Source of the DNA: an uncultured Chlamydiales bacterium
GTDB lineage: Bacteria; Chlamydiota; Chlamydiia; Chlamydiales; Rhabdochlamydiaceae
Reading direction: 5' to 3'
Length of the DNA stretch: 64,000 bases
Assembly (NCBI GenBank): GCA_963700985.1
Contig: OY969554.1
Span: 672,001-736,000 of the forward strand
Notes under the pieces: model-generated
Told to the model about the DNA's origin: nothing
Databases searched by the model: none
What the model saw: the letters and a program-made list of their open reading frames with translations, nothing else
Shown: piece by piece, positions 30,147-39,722 of the stretch
Layout: each line of letters opens with the position of its first letter
How positions within the stretch are numbered: the first letter of the stretch is position 1
Translations under genes and position numbers: made by a program

Positions 30147-30746
30147 ATGTCAAAATATCCTGCTCCGCTTCTAAAATTGATTGCTACTTTAAAAAAATTT
30201 CCTGGCGTAGGTAGCCGCACGGCTGAACGCTTTGCTTTCCACATGCTTGCTTGGCCAGATCATCAAATTGGCGAACTAGCCGAAGCTGTGGCCACCGCTA
30301 AAGAGCGCATTCGCACCTGCCCTGAATGCCACTGCCTAATGGATGAGAAAAGTTGCGATTTTTGCGATATAACCAAGCGCGAGACACATCATTTGTGCAT
30401 TATTGCCACCGCTAAAGATGTCTTTGCCATTGAAGAAACAGGCACCTTTCAAGGCCTCTATCATGTCCTAGGAGGGCTGCTTTCACCTTTAGAAGGAAGA
30501 CACCCACAACATCTCAATTTTGAAGGGCTAAAGCGCCGTATTGAAACACTAAAAGTTCAAGAAATCACAATCGCCCTCGACTCGACTCTTGAGGGAGATA
30601 CCACTGCTCTTTATCTGCGTGAGCAGCTTCAAAATTTTAATATCAAAGTTTCGCGACTAGCTTTTGGCCTACCTATGGGTAGCTCTTTAGATTTTGTAGA
30701 TGGTGGAACGCTCTCGCGCGCTTTTTCAGGAAGACAAGGATTTTAA
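30147..30746 (+). CDS. recR: Recombination mediator RecR
   Basis: PGVGSRTAERFAF, C4 zinc finger, YHVLGGLLSP, Toprim EGDTTA. Confidence 0.95.
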   Translation: MSKYPAPLLKLIATLKKFPGVGSRTAERFAFHMLAWPDHQIGELAEAVATAKERIRTCPECHCLMDEKSCDFCDITKRETHHLCIIATAKDVFAIEETGTFQGLYHVLGGLLSPLEGRHPQHLNFEGLKRRIETLKVQEITIALDSTLEGDTTALYLREQLQNFNIKVSRLAFGLPMGSSLDFVDGGTLSRAFSGRQGF

Positions 30747-30747
30747 C

Positions 30748-31971
30748 ATGCGTAAAATATTATTTATACTTGCCGTAGCTCTTTCGACTTCTCTTTGTGC
30801 CGATGGCGGCGTAGAGACCGGTATTGATCTTTTTTTTAAAGAGGGCTTTGCCAACACCCTAAAAAACAAGAAAATCGGACTGATTACCAACCACACTGGG
30901 GTCAATCGCGAGTTAAAATCGACAATAGATCTTTTTAAAGACGCACAAGAGTTTTCTCTTGTGGCACTTTTTGCGCCGGAACATGGCTTAAATGGAAGTG
31001 CTTATGCTTCTGAAAAGCTCCCTCACTCCGCTAAAACCATTCCAATCTATAGCTTGCACGGAGAAACGCGGCGCCCGACTGAACAGATGTTAAAAGGCAT
31101 CGATACGCTCGTCTTTGATATGCAAGAAGTCGGCTGCAGATCTTATACTTTTGCATCTACGCTTTTCTATGTGATGGAAGAAGCTGCCAAAAAGAACATA
31201 TCTGTGGTTGTGCTCGATCGTCCCAATCCCATCAATGGCATCATTGTGGATGGGCCGATGATGAAAGAAGAGCTGCGCTCCTTTATAGGTTACGTCAATG
31301 TCCCCTATTGCCACGGGATGACGATCGGCGAACTCGCGCGTTTTTTCAATGCTGAATATAAGATTGGATGCGACCTTAAAATCGTATCGATGCGTGGCTG
31401 GAAACGCACTATGAGCTTTAAAGATACTGGCTTGCCATGGGTTCCCACTAGCCCCTACATCCCAGAGCCAGACACCCCCTTCTTTTATGCTTCCACAGGA
31501 ATCCTAGGAATGCTCGAACTGGTCAATATCGGCATCGGCTATACACTTCCTTTCAAAATTGTTGGCGCCCCTTGGATCAATGCGGTTAACTTTGCCAAAC
31601 AGCTCAATAATCAGAAACTCCCAGGTGTAAAGTTTCTGCCCTTCTATTTCCGCCCATTCTATGGCGCCTATAAAGGTAAAGATTGCCAGGGCGTTAAAAT
31701 TATTATTACATCAACCCTTGAATACCATCCGGTGGCCGTGCAGTCCCTCCTCCTGGGAATGCTCAAAACGCTCTATCCTAAACAGGTCGATTCTCGACTC
31801 GCAGGCATCAATGCAGCAAAGAAAAAATCTTTTTGTCAGGTTTGCGGCAATCGCGAGATGTGGAATCTACTCTTAAGCGATCGCTATGTGGCTTGGAAAT
31901 TGATCCCCTTCCAGCAGACGGAAAGAGAGGCATTTTTAAAGATCCGCGAAAAATATCTACTTTATAAATGA
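30748..31971 (+). CDS. DUF1343/NamZ-family exo-beta-N-acetylmuramidase
   Basis: GLITNHTG, LFAPEHG, FDMQEVGCRSYTF, VLDRPNP, HGMTIGELA, WVPTSP; signal peptide. Confidence 0.88.
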   Translation: MRKILFILAVALSTSLCADGGVETGIDLFFKEGFANTLKNKKIGLITNHTGVNRELKSTIDLFKDAQEFSLVALFAPEHGLNGSAYASEKLPHSAKTIPIYSLHGETRRPTEQMLKGIDTLVFDMQEVGCRSYTFASTLFYVMEEAAKKNISVVVLDRPNPINGIIVDGPMMKEELRSFIGYVNVPYCHGMTIGELARFFNAEYKIGCDLKIVSMRGWKRTMSFKDTGLPWVPTSPYIPEPDTPFFYASTGILGMLELVNIGIGYTLPFKIVGAPWINAVNFAKQLNNQKLPGVKFLPFYFRPFYGAYKGKDCQGVKIIITSTLEYHPVAVQSLLLGMLKTLYPKQVDSRLAGINAAKKKSFCQVCGNREMWNLLLSDRYVAWKLIPFQQTEREAFLKIREKYLLYK

Positions 31972-32098
31972 AACCCTAGACCCTTATGAGAACCCTCCGA
32001 GTAAATTTTCTCGGAGAAGTTCCTGATTTGCAAATATTCCATCCGCCTATCTATAATCGACCAACATTTTGAATACTTCCCTACTTTAGCACCCACTG

Positions 32099-34462
32099 AT
32101 GAACAAAACCTCTATTCGCGCACTCTCTCTTCTTTTTTTCACTTGTGCTTCTCTTTCAGCACCCGGTGCTCTTTATTCTGCCCCCGTAGAAGCCTATGAA
32201 GAAAGACCTGTTGGGAACATCGATATTTCGCTTGAAAATCCCCCACCACAATTTACTTTCGATGCGAAAACAGTTGTTTCAAGACTGAAGACCAAAATCG
32301 GCGATCCCTTCTCACAGACCACTTTCGATAGCGACCTCAAAGCACTTTCTGACGAATACGATCGGGTAGAACCTAAGATCGAAGTGGTAAATGGAGAGGT
32401 CTACATCACTTTAAAACTATGGCCCAAGCCAAACATCCGCACGATTCGCTGGCATGGGAATGAGTACATAAAAACCAAGGCTCTTCAAAAAGAACTCGGT
32501 GTTAAACCCTCTTCGTCTTTTAACCGCCAGCAGTTCAATAAAGCGTTCAATAAACTCAAAGAGTTCTACGTCAAAAAGGGCTACTTTGAATCGCAATTGG
32601 ATTACAGAATTACGACTGATAGTAAGACAAATGAAGTCGATATCGACATCAACGTCAGGGAAGGACGCTCGGGCAAAATCGATAAGCTTGTCTTCAAAGG
32701 TTTTACTTCAAGTGAAGAGAGCGAACTGCTCGAGATGATCCACACGAAAAAATATAACTTTTTCACAAGTTGGATTTCGGGCGGAGGCATTTATAACGAA
32801 GAAGCGCTTGATCAAGATCGATTGACCATTGTCAACCTACTGCAAAACAACGGTTATGCCGATGCCAAAGTAGACATCAAAATCCTTGAAGCTAAGTCCG
32901 AAGGAAAAATCATTATTGAAATCACGGCCGAACGCGGGCCGATTTTCCATTTCGGCACGATTACCTTCGATGGCAATACCCTCTTTACCGATAAAGAGAT
33001 CGAAAGTCGCTTTGCAGTGCATCCTGAAGAGATCTACTCTCCTGAAAAATTGCGTGACACAGCGCAATACATCAAAGACTTATACGGCCGTAAAGGACAC
33101 ATCGATGCCAGCGTACAGTATGAAACGCAACTCGCTTCAGATGCGCCTATTTACAATGTCCACTTTGCAATTGAAGAAGGACAGAAGTACAAAATCGGCA
33201 TGATCCGCATTATCGGAAATACCCAAACACAGCCGCGAGTCATCCTGCATGAATCCCTGCTTATCCCAGGTGAAACATTTGACTCTGCTAAATTAAAAGC
33301 CACTCAAATGCGTCTTGAAAATATTGGCTATTTCAAGAACGTCAACGTTTACGCTGTAAGAACTCAAGAAGACCAATCGCTTGGAGAAAATTATCGCGAC
33401 GTCTTTATCGAAGTTGAAGAAGCACATACCGGCAGTATCAGCCTCTTTAGCGGTTTCAGCTCAGCCGATAACATCTTCGGCGGACTCGATATTTCAGAGA
33501 GTAATTTCAACTACAAAGGCCTCTTCAAAGTCTTTAATAAAGGCCTTTCAGCCATACGCGGAGGCGGTGAATATGCACAAGCGCGCATCAACGTGGGCGC
33601 CAAACAGCAAACGTATACCCTCTCTTGGTTAACTCCTTATTTCCGTGACACTCTCTGGAGAGTGGGCGTAAACGGAGAGTTAACCCGCAGCAACCTGCAA
33701 GCCAAAGACTACACCATCCGCACCTTAGGTTCGAGCCTCTTTGCCTCTTATCCCCTTACTCCCTACTGGTCATTCGGATGGAGATACCGCATACGCGAAT
33801 CGAGCACACATATCGATCACGATGCCGGCCGCGAAGAGCGCACCCAAGCACGCAGCCATGGTCTACTCTCAAGTTCAGGCGTCTCGCTAAATTACGATTC
33901 AACAGATAGCGCAATTAAACCGCATAACGGTTTTCGCTCTATGCTTGAAGCTGAATATACTGGTATCGGTGGAGATTTTACATTCATGCGATTCGGTTAC
34001 ATCAATACCTACTATCAAAGCATCTGGCGAAAAGGCGTGATGAAATATCGCGCTGAGGCTCGCTTCATCGAGCCTGTCTTAAAAACACATAGCCCAAACA
34101 AAATTCCTCAGAGTGAGCGCTTCTTCCTCGGCGGAGAAAACTCAGTTCGCGGTTACAAACAATTCGACCTCGGCCCGCACTTCCATAACGGAGACCCTAA
34201 GGGTGGTATCTCATCTACTCTCTTGTCAGTTGAGTACCTCCAAGAGATCTTTAAATTTGCCGACGCGTTCGTCTTTGCCGATGCCGGTTCGGTAAACTTA
34301 AAACGCTTTTCATTTGGTCACCTCAACATGAGTTATGGCGTGGGCGTAAGATTAGAATTGATTAACCGCGTTCCTGTAATTCTCGGTGTCGGATTCCCAA
34401 TTAACCCTGATAACCATCGCCAAGTACGTCGCTTCTTCTTCTCGATGGGAGGACAATTTTAA
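32099..34462 (+). CDS. bamA: Outer-membrane protein assembly factor BamA (Omp85)
   Basis: POTRA repeats, GGENSVRGY, C-terminal Phe; next to skp and lpxD. Confidence 0.95.
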   Translation: MNKTSIRALSLLFFTCASLSAPGALYSAPVEAYEERPVGNIDISLENPPPQFTFDAKTVVSRLKTKIGDPFSQTTFDSDLKALSDEYDRVEPKIEVVNGEVYITLKLWPKPNIRTIRWHGNEYIKTKALQKELGVKPSSSFNRQQFNKAFNKLKEFYVKKGYFESQLDYRITTDSKTNEVDIDINVREGRSGKIDKLVFKGFTSSEESELLEMIHTKKYNFFTSWISGGGIYNEEALDQDRLTIVNLLQNNGYADAKVDIKILEAKSEGKIIIEITAERGPIFHFGTITFDGNTLFTDKEIESRFAVHPEEIYSPEKLRDTAQYIKDLYGRKGHIDASVQYETQLASDAPIYNVHFAIEEGQKYKIGMIRIIGNTQTQPRVILHESLLIPGETFDSAKLKATQMRLENIGYFKNVNVYAVRTQEDQSLGENYRDVFIEVEEAHTGSISLFSGFSSADNIFGGLDISESNFNYKGLFKVFNKGLSAIRGGGEYAQARINVGAKQQTYTLSWLTPYFRDTLWRVGVNGELTRSNLQAKDYTIRTLGSSLFASYPLTPYWSFGWRYRIRESSTHIDHDAGREERTQARSHGLLSSSGVSLNYDSTDSAIKPHNGFRSMLEAEYTGIGGDFTFMRFGYINTYYQSIWRKGVMKYRAEARFIEPVLKTHSPNKIPQSERFFLGGENSVRGYKQFDLGPHFHNGDPKGGISSTLLSVEYLQEIFKFADAFVFADAGSVNLKRFSFGHLNMSYGVGVRLELINRVPVILGVGFPINPDNHRQVRRFFFSMGGQF

Positions 34463-34504
34463 GTGTTAGCAACAAACTCTCTAAATTTTAAAAGGAGTAG
34501 AGTT

Positions 34505-35170
34505 ATGAAAAATCGTTTTTTTATGGTCTGTTTAACTTCTCTGGCTGCTTTGACAGGTGCCTGCGAAGCCGCTGAATCTCCAGCTAATATCGGAGTCGTT
34601 AATTTTGCATCTTGCATTACCGACTCAAAACTCGGAAAACAAGAACAAGCCTCTTTCGAAGCACTAAAAAAACAACTCTCGACACTTCTCGAAGATACTG
34701 ACAAACAACTCGTCGAGATCAACAACAAGTTGAACGACCCAGAGTTTATGGATGGACTTTCTCCAGAAGGTGAAGATGAACTCAAAAACAAGTTCCGCAT
34801 GCTGAACGAAGAGCTCAACCGTTACCAAGCTCAGTATTATCAAGTTCTCAATCAAGCAAACATGCGCATCGTACAACTTCTTTCTAGCAATATCGGCACA
34901 GCTGCTGAAAAAGTTGCTAAAGATAAGCATCTATCTATGGTTGTAAATAAAGAAGCTTGTTTCTTCTTTGCAACACAACTCGAAGTGACCAATCTTGTAA
35001 TCGACGAGATGGACAGAGTATATGAGCAAGAGTCTAAAAAGCAGATCCCTTCTGCAGCTCAAGCTGCAGCACCTGCTCAAGAAGTTGCTAAAGTAGAAGC
35101 GGCTCCTGTTAAAGCTACAGCCCAAAACGCTCCTGAAGCTGCTAAAACGGACGCTCCTGCAAAGAAATGA
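34505..35170 (+). CDS. skp: OmpH/Skp periplasmic chaperone
   Basis: IGVVNF, coiled coil, position between bamA and lpxD; Ala/Pro-rich tail. Confidence 0.9.
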   Translation: MKNRFFMVCLTSLAALTGACEAAESPANIGVVNFASCITDSKLGKQEQASFEALKKQLSTLLEDTDKQLVEINNKLNDPEFMDGLSPEGEDELKNKFRMLNEELNRYQAQYYQVLNQANMRIVQLLSSNIGTAAEKVAKDKHLSMVVNKEACFFFATQLEVTNLVIDEMDRVYEQESKKQIPSAAQAAAPAQEVAKVEAAPVKATAQNAPEAAKTDAPAKK

Positions 35171-36216
35171 CACTTAAGCAATTTCGACTAGCAGAACTCG
35201 CCGAACTCACCCAGGCTAAACTGGTCGGTAATCCCGACCAGTTAATTTCTGGCGTGGATGCGCTCGAGCATGCAACTCCACAAGAAGCCTCCTTTTTAGC
35301 CAATGCGCGCTATCGGGAGACGATGGAGAGGTCGAATGCCGGGGTCATCTGTATTGGAAAAGAAGATCCGCTGATCGCGGGGAAAAATTTTCTTATTTCA
35401 GATGACCCTTCTCGTACATTTCAAATCATCGTTGAAACTTACCTTCTCACCGAAGCCAGCCGCAGCGGATTTAACGGGATTCATCCAACAGCAATTATTC
35501 ACCCGAGCGCAAAACTCGGAAAAGATCTGCTGATAGGACCCTATGCTGTAATCGATGCAGGCTCTGAGATTAAAGACCGCACGCGCATTGGAGCATTTGT
35601 CTCCATTGGAGCCGGCGTTATCATCGGTGCAGATTGCACCCTTTATCCCCATGTTGTCATTCGTGAACGCTGCGTACTCGGTAGCCGCGTTATCGTCCAG
35701 CCCGGAGCCGTAATCGGCTCATGTGGTTTCGGCTTCACCACCGACAGCAAAGGTCAACATAATAAGCTTGATCAACTGGGTAATGTCGAAATTGAAGATG
35801 ATGTCGAAATTGGCGCAAATACCACCATCGATCGCGCCCGTTTTAAAACCACGCGTATCTCTCGAGGCACCAAAATAGATAACCTAGTTCAGATCGCACA
35901 CAATGTGACAGTTGGAGAGCACAATATTATTGTTTCTCAGACCGGTATTGCCGGCTCCTCCAAAACAGGTAAGCATGTCATTTTCGGTGGACAAGCTGGT
36001 GTGGTCGGCCACGTAGAAATTGCAAATAACGTCCTAATCGCTACTCGCGGTGGCGTGAGCAAGTCGATCACTGAATCTGGAAAATATGCCGGCAGCCCGG
36101 TGATGCCCCTTGCTGATTATAACAGGCAGCAGGTGCAGCTACGCAAGATCAGCGATTATGTGAAAAAAATCGAAGAACTTGAAAAACGCCTAAGCGCCCT
36201 CGAATCCAAAAGCTAA
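35167..36216 (+). CDS. lpxD: UDP-3-O-acylglucosamine N-acyltransferase
   Basis: Hexapeptide repeats, VEIGANTTIDR, KIDNLVQIAHN. Confidence 0.96.
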   Translation: MTLKQFRLAELAELTQAKLVGNPDQLISGVDALEHATPQEASFLANARYRETMERSNAGVICIGKEDPLIAGKNFLISDDPSRTFQIIVETYLLTEASRSGFNGIHPTAIIHPSAKLGKDLLIGPYAVIDAGSEIKDRTRIGAFVSIGAGVIIGADCTLYPHVVIRERCVLGSRVIVQPGAVIGSCGFGFTTDSKGQHNKLDQLGNVEIEDDVEIGANTTIDRARFKTTRISRGTKIDNLVQIAHNVTVGEHNIIVSQTGIAGSSKTGKHVIFGGQAGVVGHVEIANNVLIATRGGVSKSITESGKYAGSPVMPLADYNRQQVQLRKISDYVKKIEELEKRLSALESKS

Positions 36217-36224
36217 TTCTAAGA

Positions 36225-36404
36225 ATTTACCACAGAGAACACAGAGTTAAGAAAAGATTGTTTTTTCGCGAGCGAAGCAAAAAAACAATACTCTCTCGGC
36301 TTCGCCGACGTTTAGGAGGCGAGGAAATGTCTTTTTTTTGTTTCACTTACAAAAAAAAGAGTTCCTTTTCTTCACTCTGTGCTCTCTGTGTCTCTGTGGT
36401 TAAT
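36225..36404. repeat. Palindromic MITE/REPIN-like element, CACAGAG/CTCTGTG family, copy 1
   Basis: Ends ACCACAGAG...CTCTGTGGT with 9-nt periodic arms; homologous to 57290-57462. Confidence 0.85.
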
Positions 36405-36416
36405 CTTCAAAATGAC

Positions 36417-37313
36417 TTAAAGGCGAGTGGTGATAGACACGCGACCGTCTTCATCCACCAGTATAGAGTTCTCAGCTTGAGCTACGAATCCGTGTGCTTC
36501 TTCAATCAAAGGAGCATAGCCCGCAATTATCTCTGAGCGAAGCAGCTCTTTCACAGCAGTTTTAACCTCCGACAGGCTGAGGCCTTCTTCTAAAAGATCA
36601 TGCAAGGCAAAAGGCAGCCCATTGAACGTCTTGATTTTTATAAGCAGCAGCCGCACATGTGCTGAACGGGTAGACCCTTCTTTTATAAACGAAAAGATCA
36701 TCGGCATACCCTCATCATAAATCAAACCTTTTCCATTCGTGGCAAAAGGCTCAATTGCAAAGGTCATGCCTGGCTTAATCACAGCTGTTGAGCGATCTTC
36801 ATAATTAGGAATTGTGGGTGGCGTATGCACTTTGTAGTAACCCAGCCCATGTCCGCCTAAATTTTTGATTGGTGAAAGCCCAAATGAAGAGATCGTCTCA
36901 TCGATAATCTTGCCTACTAAACGAATGGGCATGCCCACTTTAATGCTACGCTCTGCATTCAAAAGCGCTTTTTCAGCGGCATCGATGATATTCTGATGCT
37001 TACCCGAAAGATCAACTGAAGTCGCACAATCGCCAATTGCCCCATTAAAACAGACGCCGATATCCAGTTTCACTAGCTGATCTGAAAAAATGATCTCTTC
37101 ATCAGGCCCAGGCAAGAAATGTGCCGCTACTTCATTCAAAGCAATCTGAGGCGGAAAAGCAGGGATCGCGCCCAACTCTTGAATCTTTTGCCTAACCTTG
37201 GCAATCACCTCGTTATAAGTGGCTCCAGGCTTGATTAGAGCAAGACCATAGGCCCGCACTTGACCAGCCAATTTACCTGCTTGTAGAAAGTCTTGCTTAT
37301 ACTTTTGATTCAT
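36417..37313 (-). CDS. map: Type II (archaeal/eukaryotic-type) methionine aminopeptidase
   Basis: AFPPQIALNEVAAHF, KLDIGV..GAIGDCA, NLGGHGL, FAIEPFAT, helical insert, VAQAENSI. Confidence 0.88.
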   Translation of the reverse strand: MNQKYKQDFLQAGKLAGQVRAYGLALIKPGATYNEVIAKVRQKIQELGAIPAFPPQIALNEVAAHFLPGPDEEIIFSDQLVKLDIGVCFNGAIGDCATSVDLSGKHQNIIDAAEKALLNAERSIKVGMPIRLVGKIIDETISSFGLSPIKNLGGHGLGYYKVHTPPTIPNYEDRSTAVIKPGMTFAIEPFATNGKGLIYDEGMPMIFSFIKEGSTRSAHVRLLLIKIKTFNGLPFALHDLLEEGLSLSEVKTAVKELLRSEIIAGYAPLIEEAHGFVAQAENSILVDEDGRVSITTRL

Positions 37314-37506
37314 GCTTTCTATCTTACTTATAGCCAAATAGATAGCAACAAAAACGTTATATCAAGTGTTTCGCTATGAACTTTTAGCGCGAACATCACA
37401 ACTTATTAACACACAATATCTTACAACTTACAACCTGTAAAGATTTATATTTAAAATAATTGCTAGCTATATTATAATTATTATTAAAGATAACAAAGAG
37501 ATCATT

Positions 37507-38451
37507 ATGACAAACAAAGTTGGTTTAAAAGACCTTTTAGTAATGCAGCCCAATGATGCTACTACCACAGGCATCAAAAATTACGTAGAGGGTGGCGCTA
37601 GCTTAAAAAAGATTACGCGTGTCGTAAAACAGATCATGTCCAATCCGAATTTCAGCAGGGCAGAGTTAATCAACGCTAAAAATCACTTCGTGGCTGCAAT
37701 GAACGCCAAAAAAGCCTGCTTAGATAATGAATATAAAAGCTCATGGAAGATCAAAAAGATCTTTCTCGATGTTTACAATTTCGTGTGCGCTCAGCTTGGA
37801 CGCGGGTCTTACCAAGAGGCATTTTCTATTTATCGAGAACTTGAGCAAGAGATCCTCTCCGACTTCTATGCAGAGAATAGCGCGTATTTTCGGGTAAAAG
37901 ATGCTGATCTGCGAAAAAACACACTAAAATCTGCGGACCCGGTTGAGGCTGCTAAAATTGCAAGAGATGAGGCCATCGACGTTGCAGTAAAAGACATCGG
38001 ACGCAAATCAGAGATTATTTATTTCAAAGGCAAATCCTATCCGAATAAAGAAGAAGACCGCCAAATGGTCGGTCATGCTCTATTTAATACCGCGCACAAG
38101 GTCGTTGACAGACTAATCGCCGACCTGGCCGCGGATGACTTCTCTTCAGACGAGATTACAGAGATTCTTGCCAATTGCCATCAAGGCGTAGCCACAAATG
38201 CTTTAGCAGGGCCGAATATGTTCATCTTAAATTCATTCCCTGAGTCAGGCTTTATAGTTACCGGCAACAGCGAATTATTGAAGACCATACGAGTGCCTTT
38301 TCATATCGAACGTGAGGGTCAACATACTGTTGTCAAAGCTGAATACCCACTTAAGTTGTTCAACCCTATATATAAAGTTTCCCATGCTATTGAGGCCAAA
38401 ATCCGAGCGAATATCAGCACTTCGAAAGTCGACTGCTCTTTTGAAGGTTAA
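37507..38451 (+). CDS. Hypothetical protein in accessory island
   Basis: 314-aa ORF with AT-rich upstream region; no recognised domain. Confidence 0.75.
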   Translation: MTNKVGLKDLLVMQPNDATTTGIKNYVEGGASLKKITRVVKQIMSNPNFSRAELINAKNHFVAAMNAKKACLDNEYKSSWKIKKIFLDVYNFVCAQLGRGSYQEAFSIYRELEQEILSDFYAENSAYFRVKDADLRKNTLKSADPVEAAKIARDEAIDVAVKDIGRKSEIIYFKGKSYPNKEEDRQMVGHALFNTAHKVVDRLIADLAADDFSSDEITEILANCHQGVATNALAGPNMFILNSFPESGFIVTGNSELLKTIRVPFHIEREGQHTVVKAEYPLKLFNPIYKVSHAIEAKIRANISTSKVDCSFEG

Positions 38452-38547
38452 GAGGATGTCTACAAACTGCCTTAAAACGTCTGTGCGTAATTCTTCTTCA
38501 CAAACAATTAGCTGTGCGCTAATTAGGAGTGACAAACAGAGAAACAG

Positions 38548-38949
38548 ATGCTCATTCCGCCTATTGGATTCGGTCGGCCTATTGTATCGGGACCAAGTGA
38601 ATTTGCTCCTCAGCAAGAGCTTAAAACACTTTTGGATACAATTGGCCAGATTCACAATCACATGTCACAGAATCGAAACAATCCAATCCTTCTAAATGGA
38701 CTGCACGGCGAGTTTCCAGAACTGGTTAAACAGATCGACCATTTTGCCTCTCAGCTCCCCTCTTCCCAGCAAGACGGCTTTAATACTCATCTGACCGACC
38801 TTAAATCGCAGATGCAAAAGTTCTATCAAACGCTTACAGGAAGCGGATCTAATGATCAGCAGCATTCTGCTAGCGTCGCAGTCGTGACTACACTGGCTTT
38901 GTTGCACAAAGACCTAGGCTTCCCCCCACCTAAGCACTCGTTCTACTAA
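38548..38949 (+). CDS. Hypothetical helical protein
   Basis: 133-aa ORF, AGGAG upstream. Confidence 0.6.
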   Translation: MLIPPIGFGRPIVSGPSEFAPQQELKTLLDTIGQIHNHMSQNRNNPILLNGLHGEFPELVKQIDHFASQLPSSQQDGFNTHLTDLKSQMQKFYQTLTGSGSNDQQHSASVAVVTTLALLHKDLGFPPPKHSFY

Positions 38950-38979
38950 TTGACTTAAGACATCTTATCCAATTATATT
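38950..38979 (+). promoter_or_regulatory. Putative sigma66/70 promoter
   Basis: TTGACT-N18-TATATT upstream of ATG 39016. Confidence 0.45.
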
Positions 38980-39015
38980 GCTTTGGCAAAACAACAATAC
39001 TTTTGCGAGGGTCTT

Positions 39016-39717
39016 ATGGCTGCAGCTTCTCTATATTCCCCTTTCCAGCGCTTTGTAATTCATGCATACACACAGTTTGAAAAAGACTATAAAAACCTAC
39101 AATCTCATATCAACTCGGCACAAGCGCTACTCAAACCCGAAAAAACATACGAAGAGTTCTTAAGCATCTTTCGTAAATTTATTGCCTTTCAGGGAGATTT
39201 TCCTGTCTATCGAGATGAAATCGTATTTCTAACTGAACCCTTTCCAGCAACACTCCAAACTTATCTTTTGCAACGCTTAGGTTACGTCTCAGATCTAGTG
39301 GAACTCACGCTTGGCTATGATATCCCAGTGGAGCGCGAACAAGCCGAAAAAGAGCTCCTAAACGGCAAAGTGCCCAAGGGGGGTTTGGCCAAAGATATCG
39401 TAGTAGCCGCAGGAGCGGGTTTTATAAATGGATTTCCGGTGTTCGGTGCGCTTGGAATCGGCTTAGCTGCTGCTGAGCATCTTCTCAGAGACGCTACGCC
39501 TGAAGAAACACAAAAACAGATCGAAAAAAACGAGTTGGTTCGAAAAATTAATGAGAGAACCAAAAGTGTCGTTATTCTTCATCTCGAAGCTCTCTATCAC
39601 AATCTAAAAGCAAATCAGCGAGAAAAAACGTGGGCAGCAAGACACGCTGTCATTCTTGCTCCAGCTGAGCCCTCTTTAGGACTTGAGCGATCAGAGGAGA
39701 AGAAACGCCAAAGCTAA
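39016..39717 (+). CDS. Hypothetical protein with Gly-rich hydrophobic hairpin
   Basis: IVVAAGAGFINGFPVFGALGIGLAAA flanked by helical charged regions. Confidence 0.7.
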   Translation: MAAASLYSPFQRFVIHAYTQFEKDYKNLQSHINSAQALLKPEKTYEEFLSIFRKFIAFQGDFPVYRDEIVFLTEPFPATLQTYLLQRLGYVSDLVELTLGYDIPVEREQAEKELLNGKVPKGGLAKDIVVAAGAGFINGFPVFGALGIGLAAAEHLLRDATPEETQKQIEKNELVRKINERTKSVVILHLEALYHNLKANQREKTWAARHAVILAPAEPSLGLERSEEKKRQS

Positions 39718-39722
39718 GCTTC

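Noticed and set aside
36258-36536. 92-aa ORF containing SLCALCVSVV
   Set aside because: Translation of the palindromic element and the antisense end of map
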